From NCBI GenBank assembly GCA_030704615.1, contig CM060734.1:2170001-2234000 (forward strand): a stretch of 64,000 nt of DNA. The letters run 5' to 3'. Shown in pieces: positions 36,721-49,850 of the stretch (the first letter of the stretch is position 1; the number at the start of each line of letters is the position of its first letter). The notes beneath the pieces are model-generated. The model searched no databases and was not told the origin of the DNA. It saw nothing but the letters and a program-made list of their open reading frames with translations. The DNA is from Takakia lepidozioides (taxonomy: Eukaryota; Plantae; Bryophyta). Position numbers and translations under genes: made by a program.

Positions 36721-38579
36721 TTGCAAATTACTCAGTCAGATTTGAATGGCATCGTGCAGAAAACTGTGAGGTCCAAGCCTACAGGATCAGAGGGGAAATG
36801 ATCTGGAGATGGGGACGAGTCTGGAAAAAGCTCAGAGAATACAGATGAAGCAGATGAATCTGAAGTGCAGTACCTTGACAAGGTGAAAGAACTCATGTCA
36901 TTCCAGAAGGTAAACTCTCAGGAGGTTGTAAGGGGCATGCTCATATCTGGAGGGCGTCTGGATATCCTTTTGTGCCGGATGATATCTATGCCTGTTGTGC
37001 GTCCACCTCTTTCCCATGACATAACAAAATTGGAGAGTGATTTTGTGCATGGATACAGACTTGGTGCACAAGTTTTTTATGTGTCACTGATGGATATAAA
37101 TGGGAAAAGCACATTAGTGTCTCCAGAGATCAGTGATAACTGGGATGAGTGCTGGAAAGATGCCAATGAGGAGTTCGAGCTGGGCCTCATGATGAGAAAG
37201 AACACCCAGCAATTCTGCAACCACATGTTCTACGTCTGGGACGGTAACCACCGATTGCTGGCATGGATGAGATACATCCAGAAATACCATGTGAAAGACA
37301 AAGACAAGCATGTTGTTGTGGAGGCAATGGTTTTGGATCCAGGAAACGACATCGCTAGGCTTCTTACAGCTATGCACGATGTGAACAAGTAAGTCATCCT
37401 AGAGATTTCATTCCCTCTGTAGTATCTTGTTAATCCCAAAAAAACAGTGTTAAGGAATGCAATGTTTCCAATGTTTTTGCAGATTGACAGAGAAATCGCA
37501 TATGACAACAAGCTTGGTCCACACACTATTCCAAATTCAGAGGATTGGTCTGATGAAGCTGGATGATTTTCGGACAGTACTCCCCCCCCAATATAATCAA
37601 GAAGTGCGAAACAGGAAGAGCTGCATGCACTTGATATTCTTTGACTCGAGAGGCGTTTCTGGAGTACATGTATGCGGTAAGCCCGAGTCTGTACTCAGTT
37701 TACTTTTCGAATACATGTTTGTAGTCCCTTCGGTGCTAATCACTATTTGAATCGATGCAGCAAGAACTGGCAGAGGCAGCTGAGAAGGGAAAATCCGAAT
37801 ATTACTGCACTACACCAGAGGAACTAAGGACATCAAAGGGTGTGGAAGCAGCAATAAAAAATGAGTTTGAAATGCGAAGAACCAAATTGATGTCCGCCTT
37901 CGGAAAACAGCTTAGAATAGTAGATCCTGGACTTGGTTCTGAGTTCCTTCAGCAGATCAAATCTCACTATGACAAGCATGTGCATCCGGAGATGCAGCAG
38001 GAGAAATTGTACCGGCTGGCCATATCCATGGTCGACCCACAAAAAAAAAAAATGTGGCTGGAGATATGGAACTCAGATCAGACAGTAAAGGACTTGAATC
38101 AGTTCCCAAAGAGCACCATACAGCCTGGCACAAAGGTGGAAGGAATCAGTGATTTGGTGTTTCATAACTGGCTCCACAATGCTACATTTTGGAATCAGGT
38201 GTGTATTCAAATAAACCGTTTTCTTTTCTTCAATTATGTGATGAGTATCTTATTTGCAATATTGACAAATATACAATTTGCAGCTCGAAAAACGCGTCGT
38301 CATTGTGCTGGATCAGACTTTGAAGGACTTGAACATTTCGATTGTTTCCCCTCCCCAAATGTCATTGGAGGCATACATAAGGAAGTGAAGAGATCTCACC
38401 TGGAGATACTGTTTTTTCCGGGAGTTCTCCAAAGATGGTAACATTTTACGGTCCAACGACTTTGACAGTCAGGTTGGAGGAGAGTGGGCCATGATGCGAG
38501 TTGTGTACAGGTGCAATATCATACTGGAAACTCTACTGCACTTTTTGGGAAATAATTTGGCTTCATAAGGATTGTAATC

Positions 38580-39390
38580 ATAGATCCAAATTGAATGTTG
38601 TTGACGACATTCACTTCTTTGTCTGAGTCATTCTTAAGCGAGAATTTGAATTCACCTAGATTAGGAGCTTAGGGTGTAATTATAGTGTTCCTGATTAGAA
38701 TTGATAATGTCCCTGAATGGCGTTGACGACATTCACATCCAGAGTTGTTGAGAGGTCCTCAGAGTTATGTAAGTTTTTGTAATGTCCATAGAGTTTACAG
38801 TGAGGGTTCCTTACTTCAGTTTGTTGAATGTCAATGCAGACATTCAGTTGTTCTGCATTGCTTTTGCTTCTTGCGAGAAATCTTGAGGCTTGATTAGCTG
38901 TGTTATCAGAGATCCAAGTGAATGTCGTTGACGACATTCACTTCTATGTCTGTGTCATTCACCAGCGACAATTTGAATTTACATGGATTGGGAGCTAATT
39001 AATTGGTTCCTTGTTCGTAATTTTGTGAATGACGTTGACGCCATTCACATCCAATGTTATTATAAGGTCCTCAGTGTTATGTTCGTTATGAATGTCCATT
39101 GAGTTTTTGGGGAGGATTCCTTACTCGAGTTTCTGATTTCCATCCAATGATTTTGCCTCTTTTGAGAAATCATTAGGCTTGATTAGCAGTGTATTCACAA
39201 ATCCAAAGTGAATGTCGTTGACGACATTCACTTCTATGTCTGTGTCATTCCAAAGCGAGAGTTTGCATTCACGTGGATTAGGGTGTATTTACAGTATCAT
39301 TGAATGGAATGTTTTGAATGGCGTTGACGACATTCACATCCGGAGCTGTCGTGTGGTGCTGAAAGGTCCTTGGAGCAGTTCTCAGAGCCA
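38580..39390. repeat. Intronic ~300-bp tandem repeat carrying palindrome B, (G)TGAATG(T/G)CGT-TG-ACGACATTCA(C), 6 clear copies
   Basis: Copies at ~38592, 38714, 38918, 39025, 39208, 39315, two per unit, inside intron ~38511-39478. Confidence 0.9.
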
Positions 39391-41299
39391 TTTCATTCCA
39401 TGTTTTTTTCATTAGGTGCTACTTGCATCTTACTCCTTTCGCGCTTTGGTCGGTTGGGATTTATCTCCTGTTTAACAGGTACACGAAATATGTGCTTATG
39501 GAAGGAAATCACCTGAGTGGTATTCCAAACTATCTTGACATGTGGTCGGACCCTGCAAACGATCCAACCATGTATACTGTAGGAATATTGAAGGATTGAA
39601 GTCCTTCTCACTTCAGAGACTGTGGCTGGTACCTTGACTGCCCACCGGAGCACACGACCTTTCAAGAACAGCATATAAAATATTTGAACAATAATGCTGA
39701 GATGCTGGCGCCTCTGACTGACGAAGAGTACCAAAGAAACATAGCAACATTGGCTGCCAAGGAGCCTGATGCTCAGGGAATGGGGCAGGGCGACCCCGCG
39801 TCCGTGCGGCCATGCACGTCCTGTCCCGCACGTGAGACATAGGTAAACTCCCAATTATTCAAAAATGAGAGGCTATATGGGAGTAGGGTTATGTACTTTT
39901 CCATACCTGATATGGCTCAATCTGGTTTAGCCATATTCTTTTGAGACAAGGTGGATAGGAGAGCCCCTCATTAAGCTGGAAGGGCGACGACACGGTAGGG
40001 AGGCCCTCTCGTGGCAAGGCCTGGGCCTGGGCGTGGGGGAGGAAGGCTAGGGGGCAGGCGGGTCCCATAGCCAGGCTTGTGCCCGCGTGGTGCTGGGGTA
40101 TGGAATACTATTTGGACGGTGACGGGCACGGTGTCTCGGTGTCCGTCACCGTGGACGGTGGTGGCTCACGACGTCCGTCGTCGTGGACGGTGACGACCCA
40201 CGGAGGCCGTCACCATTAACGGCGACGGACTCCGTGAGCCGTCTCCGCCATGGTGGTGGCCTCCGTGACCCGTCTCCGTGAATGTGGCACAACTACCAGG
40301 TAGTGCCAAAAATGATTTACATGTAACTTATAGATTTTAAAGCATCCTGCCCAGGTACATGAGAATTGCTGTCCAAAGGGAACATGAGGAAAAAAAAACG
40401 GTTGTATTTGCAAACGTGCATCGGGTGCAGATGCAGAGCGCGCAGACTCTTGCATTCCCTATGAATCGACAGCGACTAGGAATCTGCCGGTAGATGTTCT
40501 TCATACTAGCTCTCTGTTTCCAAGACCGCACACCAATCACCAGTCTGGGAAACAGAGCGTTAATCTGAAGAACATTGCTTCATGCTTGAAAGTTCCGAGG
40601 TGGAGAGGTCATGCTGCCAAGCTCGGGCAGAACCTCATCAAGCACAGGAGGGAAGAAGAGGTCGATGAGCACCTGATGGACATATAGTGTACACGGCCCT
40701 TTAAGCGAGTGACATGGATAGCCAAAGAATTGCTCCGCACCCTTGTAAATAGCCCCTCAACGAGCTCAGTATGTCTCGTGCACCATTTATTTTCCTTGGA
40801 AGTGGTGTGCTTTGATTTGAGGTTTTCTTTGACATTTTGGAGCATAATCATGATAATCAGGCAAGAGGATGATATAGAATCAACACATAGAGAAAATGCT
40901 ACAAGGTATTGGACTTCAATGGACTGTCCCCCCAGGCTTGCAGGTTCTTCTGAGTTCTCAATCCAATTTGACTGCTTTGTGTTGTATGGCTCTGACAAGG
41001 AGTCATGGTTAAGTGAGCCGGGCAGAAGTATATGTGGCTGGTTTACCCTGCAATCACCTTTAGACCCTTCAACTCTAACTCAAAGTCTACATTATGAAGA
41101 GCCTTGAGTAATGAGCCTTTATCTCAACTCGACATTGACAGTACACCAAGGATATTCCGAATTGAGCTAGGGTTGTTGATTTATGACTAGTCTGTGTTTC
41201 TGGTTGAGTTGGCAGTACAGTCAGGATTGGATTTTGATGTGGGTGTGCAGGCTTGAAGTAGATATTTGTGTTGTTAGCTAAACCTTGTAAGATTCTGTA

Positions 41300-41905
41300 G
41301 AACCCAGAGGTGTGGGCACACGAGGAGATTCACGTCATGGATACTAGCCTGAGTGGAGAAACACGGGCCTTACTCTTTGCTAGAAGCCATCTCTACAGTG
41401 CCCATATGGATGGTTCTATCAAGGTGGCTGCTTTGTCCCTGTCAATCATAGCTCTTGACTTTTTCAGAACCAAACATAAATAAAAATTAAGGTGTACTTT
41501 TAGCAGTTCTCTCCATATATCTCATTGCTCTCTTGCTTCCTCTCTCTTTGAGCTTTCTGCGGACGTTAGAAAGGACCATTTCATTTCTTATGTCTAGAAG
41601 AATGTTGCTACCTGTGACCACTTGCTGATTCATTTATAATAGTGCAAAGTACACAGTTTTACAATTTGGCATGTCACTGTAGACGCGAGGTTTTGGGAGG
41701 CACCTTCCTCATTAAGGCTCGGTGTCTAAGCTCACTGATGTTAGCTTCACTGGCATTTGTGTGGGACAATGGTGTGGGATGTGAGGAGGCGGGTACCACA
41801 GCTTGTCAAGGAGGTGAAGCCCCACCTGAAGCCTGTCTTGTGCTTGGCCTTGCGGCAATCAGCCACTCAACTGTTCCGTGGGTCTGCTGACAAGTTGATT
41901 TGAGT
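41300..41905 (+). pseudogene. Captured WD40 exon fragments (resembling the U-box/WD40 LIN/CERBERUS type)
   Basis: HLYSAHMDGSIK|gt (~41383-41423) and VWDVRRRVPQLVKEVKPHLKPVLCLAL..LFRGSADKLI* (~41772-41903). Confidence 0.5.
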
Positions 41906-42679
41906 ACCGCTCCGACCCGAACCATCTTTCCCAGTTTCCTTTTGTTTGATTGTGTAGTGACCTCAAAAGACAACGAAGTTCCTTGTTAAGTTCTCTTTCT
42001 ATTTGTTTGTTAACGTGTGGATGTGAAGGAGCCAGTGGTAGCACTCGCAGTGAACAATTGTTACACTTGTGTTCTTCCCCAGGGTGTGTAAAGGTGCGTG
42101 AATACTCAAGCTTGGAACTACGTGGTTTGGAGAAACATTGACTTACATTGACTAGGGATTGTTTAAATGGAGGCACCTGTATCTCCGCTTTAAGATGATT
42201 TTTTTTCTTTGTTTAGATGTTTCAAAGTTGGAGGGTAGCAATTTTGCACATATATTCTCAGTTCAATTAGAAAAATGAACTTTCATTCAAGCGAGGTTTA
42301 CCTACCCGACGTGAATGCCATTGGCCTAAGTAGTAGCCCTTATCCCAGGAACATGTCTCTACCCACAGATGTGGTCAAGAGTAAGTGAACTTATTTGGAG
42401 GACTTTCTTTCATATGAATCGTGTGTTTGGCTTTACTTGTAGATGTCCATAATAGCTACTGTGACTGACAGAAGTCAATGGACTTGGTTGGGGGGAAGCA
42501 GCTGCTGGATGAGGCAGCTGGAACCAGCAAGGTGCTGAATAGCAACAAGCACGTGCAGAGCATAATCTTTTTTGATGATACAATCTACTGTGGCTGCACT
42601 GACATGGCATCCAGGTTCTGCCCCTTTGTCCTCCAGTGGATGGAATGAATTCTTTTCTCTCTCTCTCTCTCTCACAGTC

Positions 42680-42760
42680 ACTGAAGGTCAGGCAGGCTTC
42701 CAGAGAAATAGGGGTTGTATCGACCATATCTTCATCCTAAGCCAGACTATTCTGGGAGGG
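42680..42760 (+). mobile_element. LINE reverse-transcriptase fragment
   Basis: EGQAGFQRNRGCIDHIFILSQ matches the QxGFxxxRxxxDHIFxL RT motif. Confidence 0.6.
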
Positions 42761-44529
42761 AATAAAGATGGCTCATTGTCAAGGCTTTCTTGATTCTGCA
42801 GGATGGTTCCTGCAATGGATTGCATCACTATGGAGCACTAGGGCGTGATAGAGTCAGATTCTTCACCTTTTTGGTCTCAATGAATTTCAATTGTGCTAGT
42901 CTCAAGGGCGATTCTTCTACCTGGATACCAAAACTCTAGGTTGTGATTGGATCTTTCTGCCTCCACCCTGATTGGTTTTTTCTAGGTTGTGAAAATGTGT
43001 GGGTTATGACAGGTCTTTCTGATTATTGAAAGGATAAAAAGCAAAAAAAAGCATAAAAAAGTACACTGCAGGGGCTTATAGTGGACAGTGCACCCCAATT
43101 TTCTGAGAGCTTGCTGAGCCCCTACTCCGATCGCATCCTGTGGACAGGAAGCACTCCCACTGCCACTCGCATGGAATGTTCCAGCAATCATAATAGCCAC
43201 AGAATCAACTCGCCACATTTAAGTTGAGTGCAGACTTGAGGAGTAAGTCACTCGTCTGCCCTTGCTGCTGCTGCTGCTCCCCACTCCCAAAGCACTTGGG
43301 AAGCATGGCGGGGAGGAGTTTCGGAGTCACTATAGCGAGCAACCTCGAGGTCTTCAGATGGTACTCAAATGAGTATCAGGGATTTTCATTAGTGCGATGA
43401 AAAACCATTTCTATGATATAACATCCCCTCTATACATAAGCGTAGCCCAACAATTTTGCAACGGATTGAAATTTCTGGACTGAGTTCAGAACTAACAACT
43501 GAACAAAGTAGCCTAGTGTGTGACAGGAAGGGTGTGGGGAGTCCTTGGCTTCCAGTCTGGGTAGGAGTTCAATGACTGTACTTCAAGCATTTTTATCTGG
43601 GCTTTTCATCATGTGTTGTTCCAAGCCTTTAGAGGATGAGGCTTTGATGCTTTTGGTTCCTTGTATACACATGCCAACAATGGTTTTCCCTAGTATGATG
43701 CTGGAGCATTTGTGACAAGAAGTGATTTGGCAAAGGGTTGATGGACATGCCAAGCTTGCCTGTGATCAACAATGCCCTTCAAGGCAGTTGTGTGGGCAGC
43801 ACTGCAAAGGCATGTGATTGATGCTAGCACTTACCTGGTATGGCTGTGTCTGGTGGGGTCTGTTTAGGTGTCAGTGGGATTGTAGTATTGTATGTTTGCT
43901 TTTGCATTTACGGGGCCAGATGAATTAGAGAGGGGAGGGGGTGAGATGCTTGGTGGCAGTTCTGATGGGTTAGAGGCTTGGCGGGTTTGGGGTGTGATGG
44001 TTCCTGGCCCGCATATGAGGTAACATATGTTGTAAGGATGTTGTGGTCTGCAGAGCAGATGTGGCATTGCAATGGCACATAACGCTGACAAGTGGCTGCG
44101 GAAAGAGGATTTACATTTATGTTTCAAATTAGGTGCAAATGCAACTTCTTTGCAACCTCTTCCCATAGGCTATCTGCATTCAGCGAGCTGTATTGCTACT
44201 CAGTTCATCCATTTCCTGAGATATTGACCATGATAACCTATTGAGGGCTTTTCCTGTGGCATGTCCATGTGAAATGATAGTGGGGTCTATCAAGCAGAGA
44301 TGGGAAGTGAGCCCACAATTGCACTTGACTAGAGCAGGTAATGAGTGAAGGGGGGGATTTTGACTGACCCTGGTGATAGAGGAAGGAAATCAGAATGGTG
44401 TCCTAACTCTGGTGTGGGTGGGTGGTGGATCTGAGCTCACTGGCGCTTCCATAGCGAATTAGAGGTCGTAACAACTGCATGTGCAAACCTGGCAGACTTG
44501 GAAAAAGGGCAAGGAGGACTATGGTGACA

Positions 44530-44650
44530 TAATGAGACCTGGAATTGTACCACATGTCATTCTCAATACTGCCCTTGTGGACGTGTATGCCAAATATGGC
44601 AGCATCAAAGATGCAAATGGAGTGTTCAATAATATGGCTGAACAAACGGT
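44530..44650 (+). pseudogene. PLS-class PPR fragment
   Basis: GIVPHVILNTALVDVYAKYGSIKDANGVFNNM. Confidence 0.75.
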
Positions 44651-47600
44651 GGTGGGAGCGTCAAAGATGCAGAAAGACCGTTCGATAATGTGGCTAGTAG
44701 ATGGTCATTTAGAAGCACCTGCAACAGTGTCTATAGAATCAGGCACCTCCGCCATGACCACTCCTAAAGAGACAATCCACAAGATCTCTTTGGCACTTGT
44801 AGGCATACTATGAGGATGCTATGTAAGGCATCACACTGAAAGAGAAAAGTAGGAGTGTTAATATGAACATTGTGCATTGTATGCTAACAATTAGCACTCA
44901 TCGCTTGTAAATGGATTATCTTTGGCTCTTGGAACACTCCAGCCCTTGGAACCACAGTTTTGCTCACATTGTTGTCCCCCAACCCTAGTTCTGTTGCAAA
45001 TGCTATCTCATTGACGGCAACACTGGTAGCAACGGCTTCATACGTGGGGCTTCCGGCAAAAAACACAGTTCAGCCAACATGACACAAGGCTAAAATTATT
45101 TGCCATCCTGCCCTAGCGTGACATGCAAGGTAAAGGCCATACCAGCCTTTATCATAACAAGACATAAAGCAAATGAAGAGACAACGGCGGCTAACTACTA
45201 AGGGACAAACTCCAACTTTAAACTCTAATAGTCCAGATTCACCCACCGTGCATGAGTTTATGCTTTCCCCCATTCACAATGGAGAGTTGCCACATTCAAT
45301 TTGATCTGCATCTCTTCTTCACTCTCATATAATGGCATGTTGAGAGTTTTGTTACACACGGATGCTTCGGGATAATGATCAGTGCCCAAATGAGACTGGC
45401 CATTCACGTGAATGCTTTCGAAGGAGAAAAATTCCGATCCTGTTATAAAGCGGTTTAATCGATGGCGTTCTCCATGAGACATTGTCATCACCACGGTGCG
45501 AAATCGATCCTGCATTATCATTGTCACTAAAATCATATGAGATACATCTATTATAAGATATCATTAAACATACACCCTAAAGATGAAATTGTGATACATT
45601 CTTACCTCCATGATCATGGACAGTCCCACGAAGCGGCAACAATTAAGAAAATCATTTGCCTCTACTCCATGGTCCGCAGTGAAGAGCACATCTAGTGTCT
45701 CGTGGCTCAAGTCATCGAGTATCTTCAATGCTCTTTTTACGGCACGTGCTGTGTCGATGTGTTCCATATACTTGAGACTTTCAATACTAAAGCGAAATCC
45801 TTCGCGCACAGCATCACCAATCAGCCTGCTTTTGTCAAATAAAACTTCATATATCTGCAAGACATCGTAATCATTTTATTAGTTGTAAACTAAGTGCACA
45901 CTTAAAAGTATATCCCCTCTCTAGCATGGAATTACACAATATGTAAGTGCTGTTATTATACATGACGTCGCATCAGCGCGTTCGCAGCTTCCACAAAAGT
46001 GGGACCAGGAACCATCCGAGATACCGAGTAGGACAAGTCCCCCAATCCTGACTCCTAAAGTATAGCCTTTCGTGCTTCCATTTGTTCAATGGCATCTGTA
46101 ACTCGTAGTGCATTTAGCATTCTCCATGAAGCGGGCTATATGATTTGTAGTCAGATTCCCACTTGTCCACAGCTCTGTCAAATTCATTTGCAGGCACTCG
46201 ACCACACACATGAGCCATGACGGCATTTGTAGCTAATAGGGCTACTCGGACCCCATGAACGGCTAGCAAAAACATTAGATGTCCAAGGAAATTGGCCTGC
46301 CCCACCATCCACAAAATAGACCATCATTCACAACTCTTTGTAAAGACGAGTAAAAATACATCTACCTCTTGACTCATGATTGTAGTTTATCTTTCTCATT
46401 TCATGTGTTGTGTGCGATTCCTCTGGATCTCTCTTAGCTTTTTTTGGTTCTCTCCCTGTCCTTGTGCTCTAGATAGTAGTCCATGCAATTTCGCCGGTAG
46501 AGAGAGATGATGTCCATCAATAAATGGAATTAAGTTTGAATCTCATATTAGGGTCATATTTACCTTGAATGCTCTTCTTTGATCCAAGACATGACCTCTC
46601 AGAGATTTGAAATGAAGAACATTGCCTCCTTCCCCCATTTGCAGGATCCCACCGTACATCTGCAAAATTTAAGTACAGTGCATAATAGTGTGAGTGATTT
46701 CAACAAAGAAGACAAAATCATCAACAAAGGCAATGGACACAAAATTTCGTTCAGCCTAACGTGATGTGGTTGGGCTTGATGGACTTCTGCAAGAGACAGA
46801 TGTAAGCATCTGAATCTGCTGAAATGCCTCCTTGGTTAAAAGTCTGTAGAGCCTCTTTCTGTTGCCCTGCCTCGTATAGTGACCCAGAAGTGGCAGAAGA
46901 TGCATTGTGGACTCCTTCTCTTGGTCCTCTTTCGGAAGCTCATGCTTCTTCTCTGCCTCCTTCAAGACCAAGGACAGCTTACCGCACTCTGGACAACATC
47001 CTGCAATACAGTAACATGTGGTGAGCTCTCATGTAAACATGTCCACAAGGGGCCTCCAACATCAGTTACAAATGTAGCTCCAGAGGATGGGACACAATTC
47101 TGGAACAGCTGAATGACAAAGGTGTCAAGTTCTGTCGCTTATCTGTGGCCTGGAGATGTTGAGCAATGGCAGTTGGAAGAGGGGCAGAGAAGAAACCCAA
47201 AGCCTCAAACCTCAATGATTCTGAAACAGTTTAAAGATTGGATGTCGATTTCCTAAACAATGCAACCGAGTCTTGTAGTGGGCAAACACTTCTCACCATG
47301 TAGGACAACCGATTCAATGGAACCATCTCTTCTACCATTGGCCACGCATTGCAAACCCGGAGGGGGACTGTCATCAGCCACACTCTGAATAGGTTCGGCC
47401 ACCAGCTACATCTTCATCTGACCTTGGGATAAAATTCAAATCTGCTACAACAAACTGTACCGTCATGAGAGAAGACCATAGGAGCATCAGGGCTAACTTC
47501 CATTTGACAGACAGTCACAAACTTAACCGCGCCCTCCTCTGATTGTGCCTCTTCTCCATCCACAGGCATGCATGGTTTATCTTTGTTGCTGTTTAGATGC

Positions 47601-47734
47601 TGCTCACCACCTTTTGACAATAACATCTTCAACGACTTAGACCTGTCCATTCGTTTAGCCTCTTTGATAGAGATTATTGTCCTCAGCCAGTATTCTGATG
47701 CCATTTGTAGGCTGAATTGCAGACGACTGGAGAA

Positions 47735-49850
47735 ACACCTGTGCTGCCCCCAAGGCTATTTTGTAACGTATCTCCCAATCTAGTTTGCCCTCTCTGTTGC
47801 CGTGCAAGAGATCTCCAAGGCTGCCATGGGGCATGTACTTGTAAACCAGAAGGTTACATTCCCCATTAGAACAACAGCACAGCAGCTTCACAATGTTTCA
47901 GTGTCGGATGTTCCCGAGTGTCTCCACCTGTACAACAGAGCAACAAAACCGGAACAACCACTGAAAATTTATACATGCAAACAAATTGCAAATTTCAAAG
48001 ATCTGATCGACATAACTTCAAATGTACTCTACTGGTTGATCTATGGACAGGCTGTCCAATTACCAAAGCACCTCATCAAATTCTAGACCTCACTGAGAAC
48101 AATAAATCCTGTTAATGCTAATTCTGAGTGCTTTCTCCCTTCCATTGTTAGTGTATATCATCTTAAGCACAACACTAGCATGATTACAAGAAGGTTAAAA
48201 ATGAGGAAGTTGACGATGTAGCAAGGCAGCATGCTTACCCCCGCTTTGAACCCATAATCATGTAAGCTATTGCCCTTCCTCTCACCCCAGAGCTTCTTCA
48301 CAGCCACTGACTGCCCATTACTCAGTGTTGCCTTGTACACTTTTCCTGACCCACCACTCCCAATGACATTGTCCTCATCCAAATCTGTGACCTCATGATC
48401 TCTGAAGTTCCTCTTTTGGAATGATGTCAAGCTCCATGAATCACACCGGAGTTTGTCGACACGCCTGGTATAGTGCTTGTATCGTCTTTAGGAGCAGCAT
48501 GAACCCATAAGAAAAATGAAAGCTTCCGCAGCAAACGTTCCCCCAACCACCCCTGCTATCAGCCTCGATCTGTCTCCCTTTCTGCCCTCCAGGCCTGGAG
48601 ATGTTGAGCAGTTTGAATTTGAGTCACACAGGTTGGGGTTCCCCTTGATGTTCGCAACGGATGTGAGATGGCTTGGAAGCTCACCTGACAAATTGTTGTA
48701 TGAAATATCCAAGTTTCAAGAGGCAGATCATCAAGGGTGAGGGGCACTTCCCCACTGAGCTAAGACAGATCCACATTACTGAGACCTATGGGATTGCCTA
48801 GCTCACTGGGAATAGAGCCTGTCAGGTGGTTCATTGAGAGGTTCAGAACGACCAGATGTGTGAAGCTGCCAATCTCTGGTGGAATCGAACCACTGAATGA
48901 GTTTCTATCGAGATGGAGATCTGTCACCTGAGAGAGTTTGCCCAGTTGGAGAGGAATTGTACCGCTGAGCTCATTCCCTGAGACATACAATTCAATTAAG
49001 GAATTAATCTGTCTGATCTCCCCTGGAAGCAGACCACTTTGTTGTGTATGTACATGGTGCACCCCATAAACCATTTGGAATGGCCCTGTTATCTGGTTGC
49101 CCTCAAGCTCAACGCGAACAAGTGACGTGCAATCCCCATAAGCCTCTGGAAGAACCCCTGTGAAACTGTTCTCCTTGAGTATGAATTCTATCAGTCGATT
49201 GCCATTGCAAAGGAGCGAAGAGTCCACTGGCACCCACCCAACCGCAGGCTCCCCCGAGCCTATATTGTTGCCTTCCAGCAAACTCAACGCGTACTCTAGC
49301 AAATTGTCTTCGTTTTGATCTGCTAGATCTAGCCCCTCGCCCTCCCCCTCCTCTGGCTCTTCTTTACAGGTTTCTAGTTTTTTGGTTGGCTGAGGCTCCT
49401 TGGTCTGAGGGTCCTCCCGACCCATATTGAGTGTGGCCTGTGCCTTTGTGTCTCTCTCTGGCAATCCAAAAACCTTCAAGCTACCTTCCTCTCTATGGGC
49501 AAATCCAACGCGAAGAAGGACTGGCAACTCAAGAAGACCTTCCTCCCTATCCTCACCAATTTGGTTACCATTTCCTTTGTCCTCCCAAAAGGAATCCCTA
49601 ACAGGCCTCAAGAGTTGCAAGTTGATGTCCCCCAGTTCCAAGCAATCACCACTGGGAGATTGGCACCAGATTCTGCAACACAGAAAATATCTGTCTGCTG
49701 GCCAGACTTATAACCATCAATTCTGCTGTAGCTGCTGTTTCCAGTTGATCATCTACCCATGCAGGTTCCTTGTAGCCATCATTCCACAGGGAATTTTAGG
49801 CAACGTTGTGCTTGAAATCCAGCCTTCTCAGATTAATCTGGACCCACACT
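47735..49850 (-). pseudogene. HAESA/HSL-type (LRR-XI) receptor-kinase fragment nested in the HECT gene
   Basis: LRRs (NELSGTIP, NSFSGSIPPEIG, NHLTGSIP, SYNNLSGELP), TM segment, [57 protein letters not shown]; kinase truncated; stops; unrelated insert at ~49230-49640. Confidence 0.85.

Larger units (their letters stand above)
35613..39780 (+). pseudogene. Divergent paralogue B of the ParB-like gene, decayed and truncated before the MTase domain
   Basis: LCRMISMPVVR..DITKL..F.HGYRLG..FYVS..FYVWDGNHRLLAW (36865-37388), with the same intron position after AM.D.N as gene A. Further matching blocks: IVDPGLGSEF (A: IADPALGKDF), WLEIWN (WLSIWN), AMMRVVYR|YTKYVL (AAMRIVYR|YMKYVL), CGWYLD (CPWYLD). 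Frameshifts and stops present. Confidence 0.85.

Noticed and set aside
48760-49641. 293-aa ORF as a genuine chimeric protein
   Set aside because: Fortuitous read-through of an unrelated insert into LRR pseudogene sequence; no ATG start, and surrounding frames are broken.
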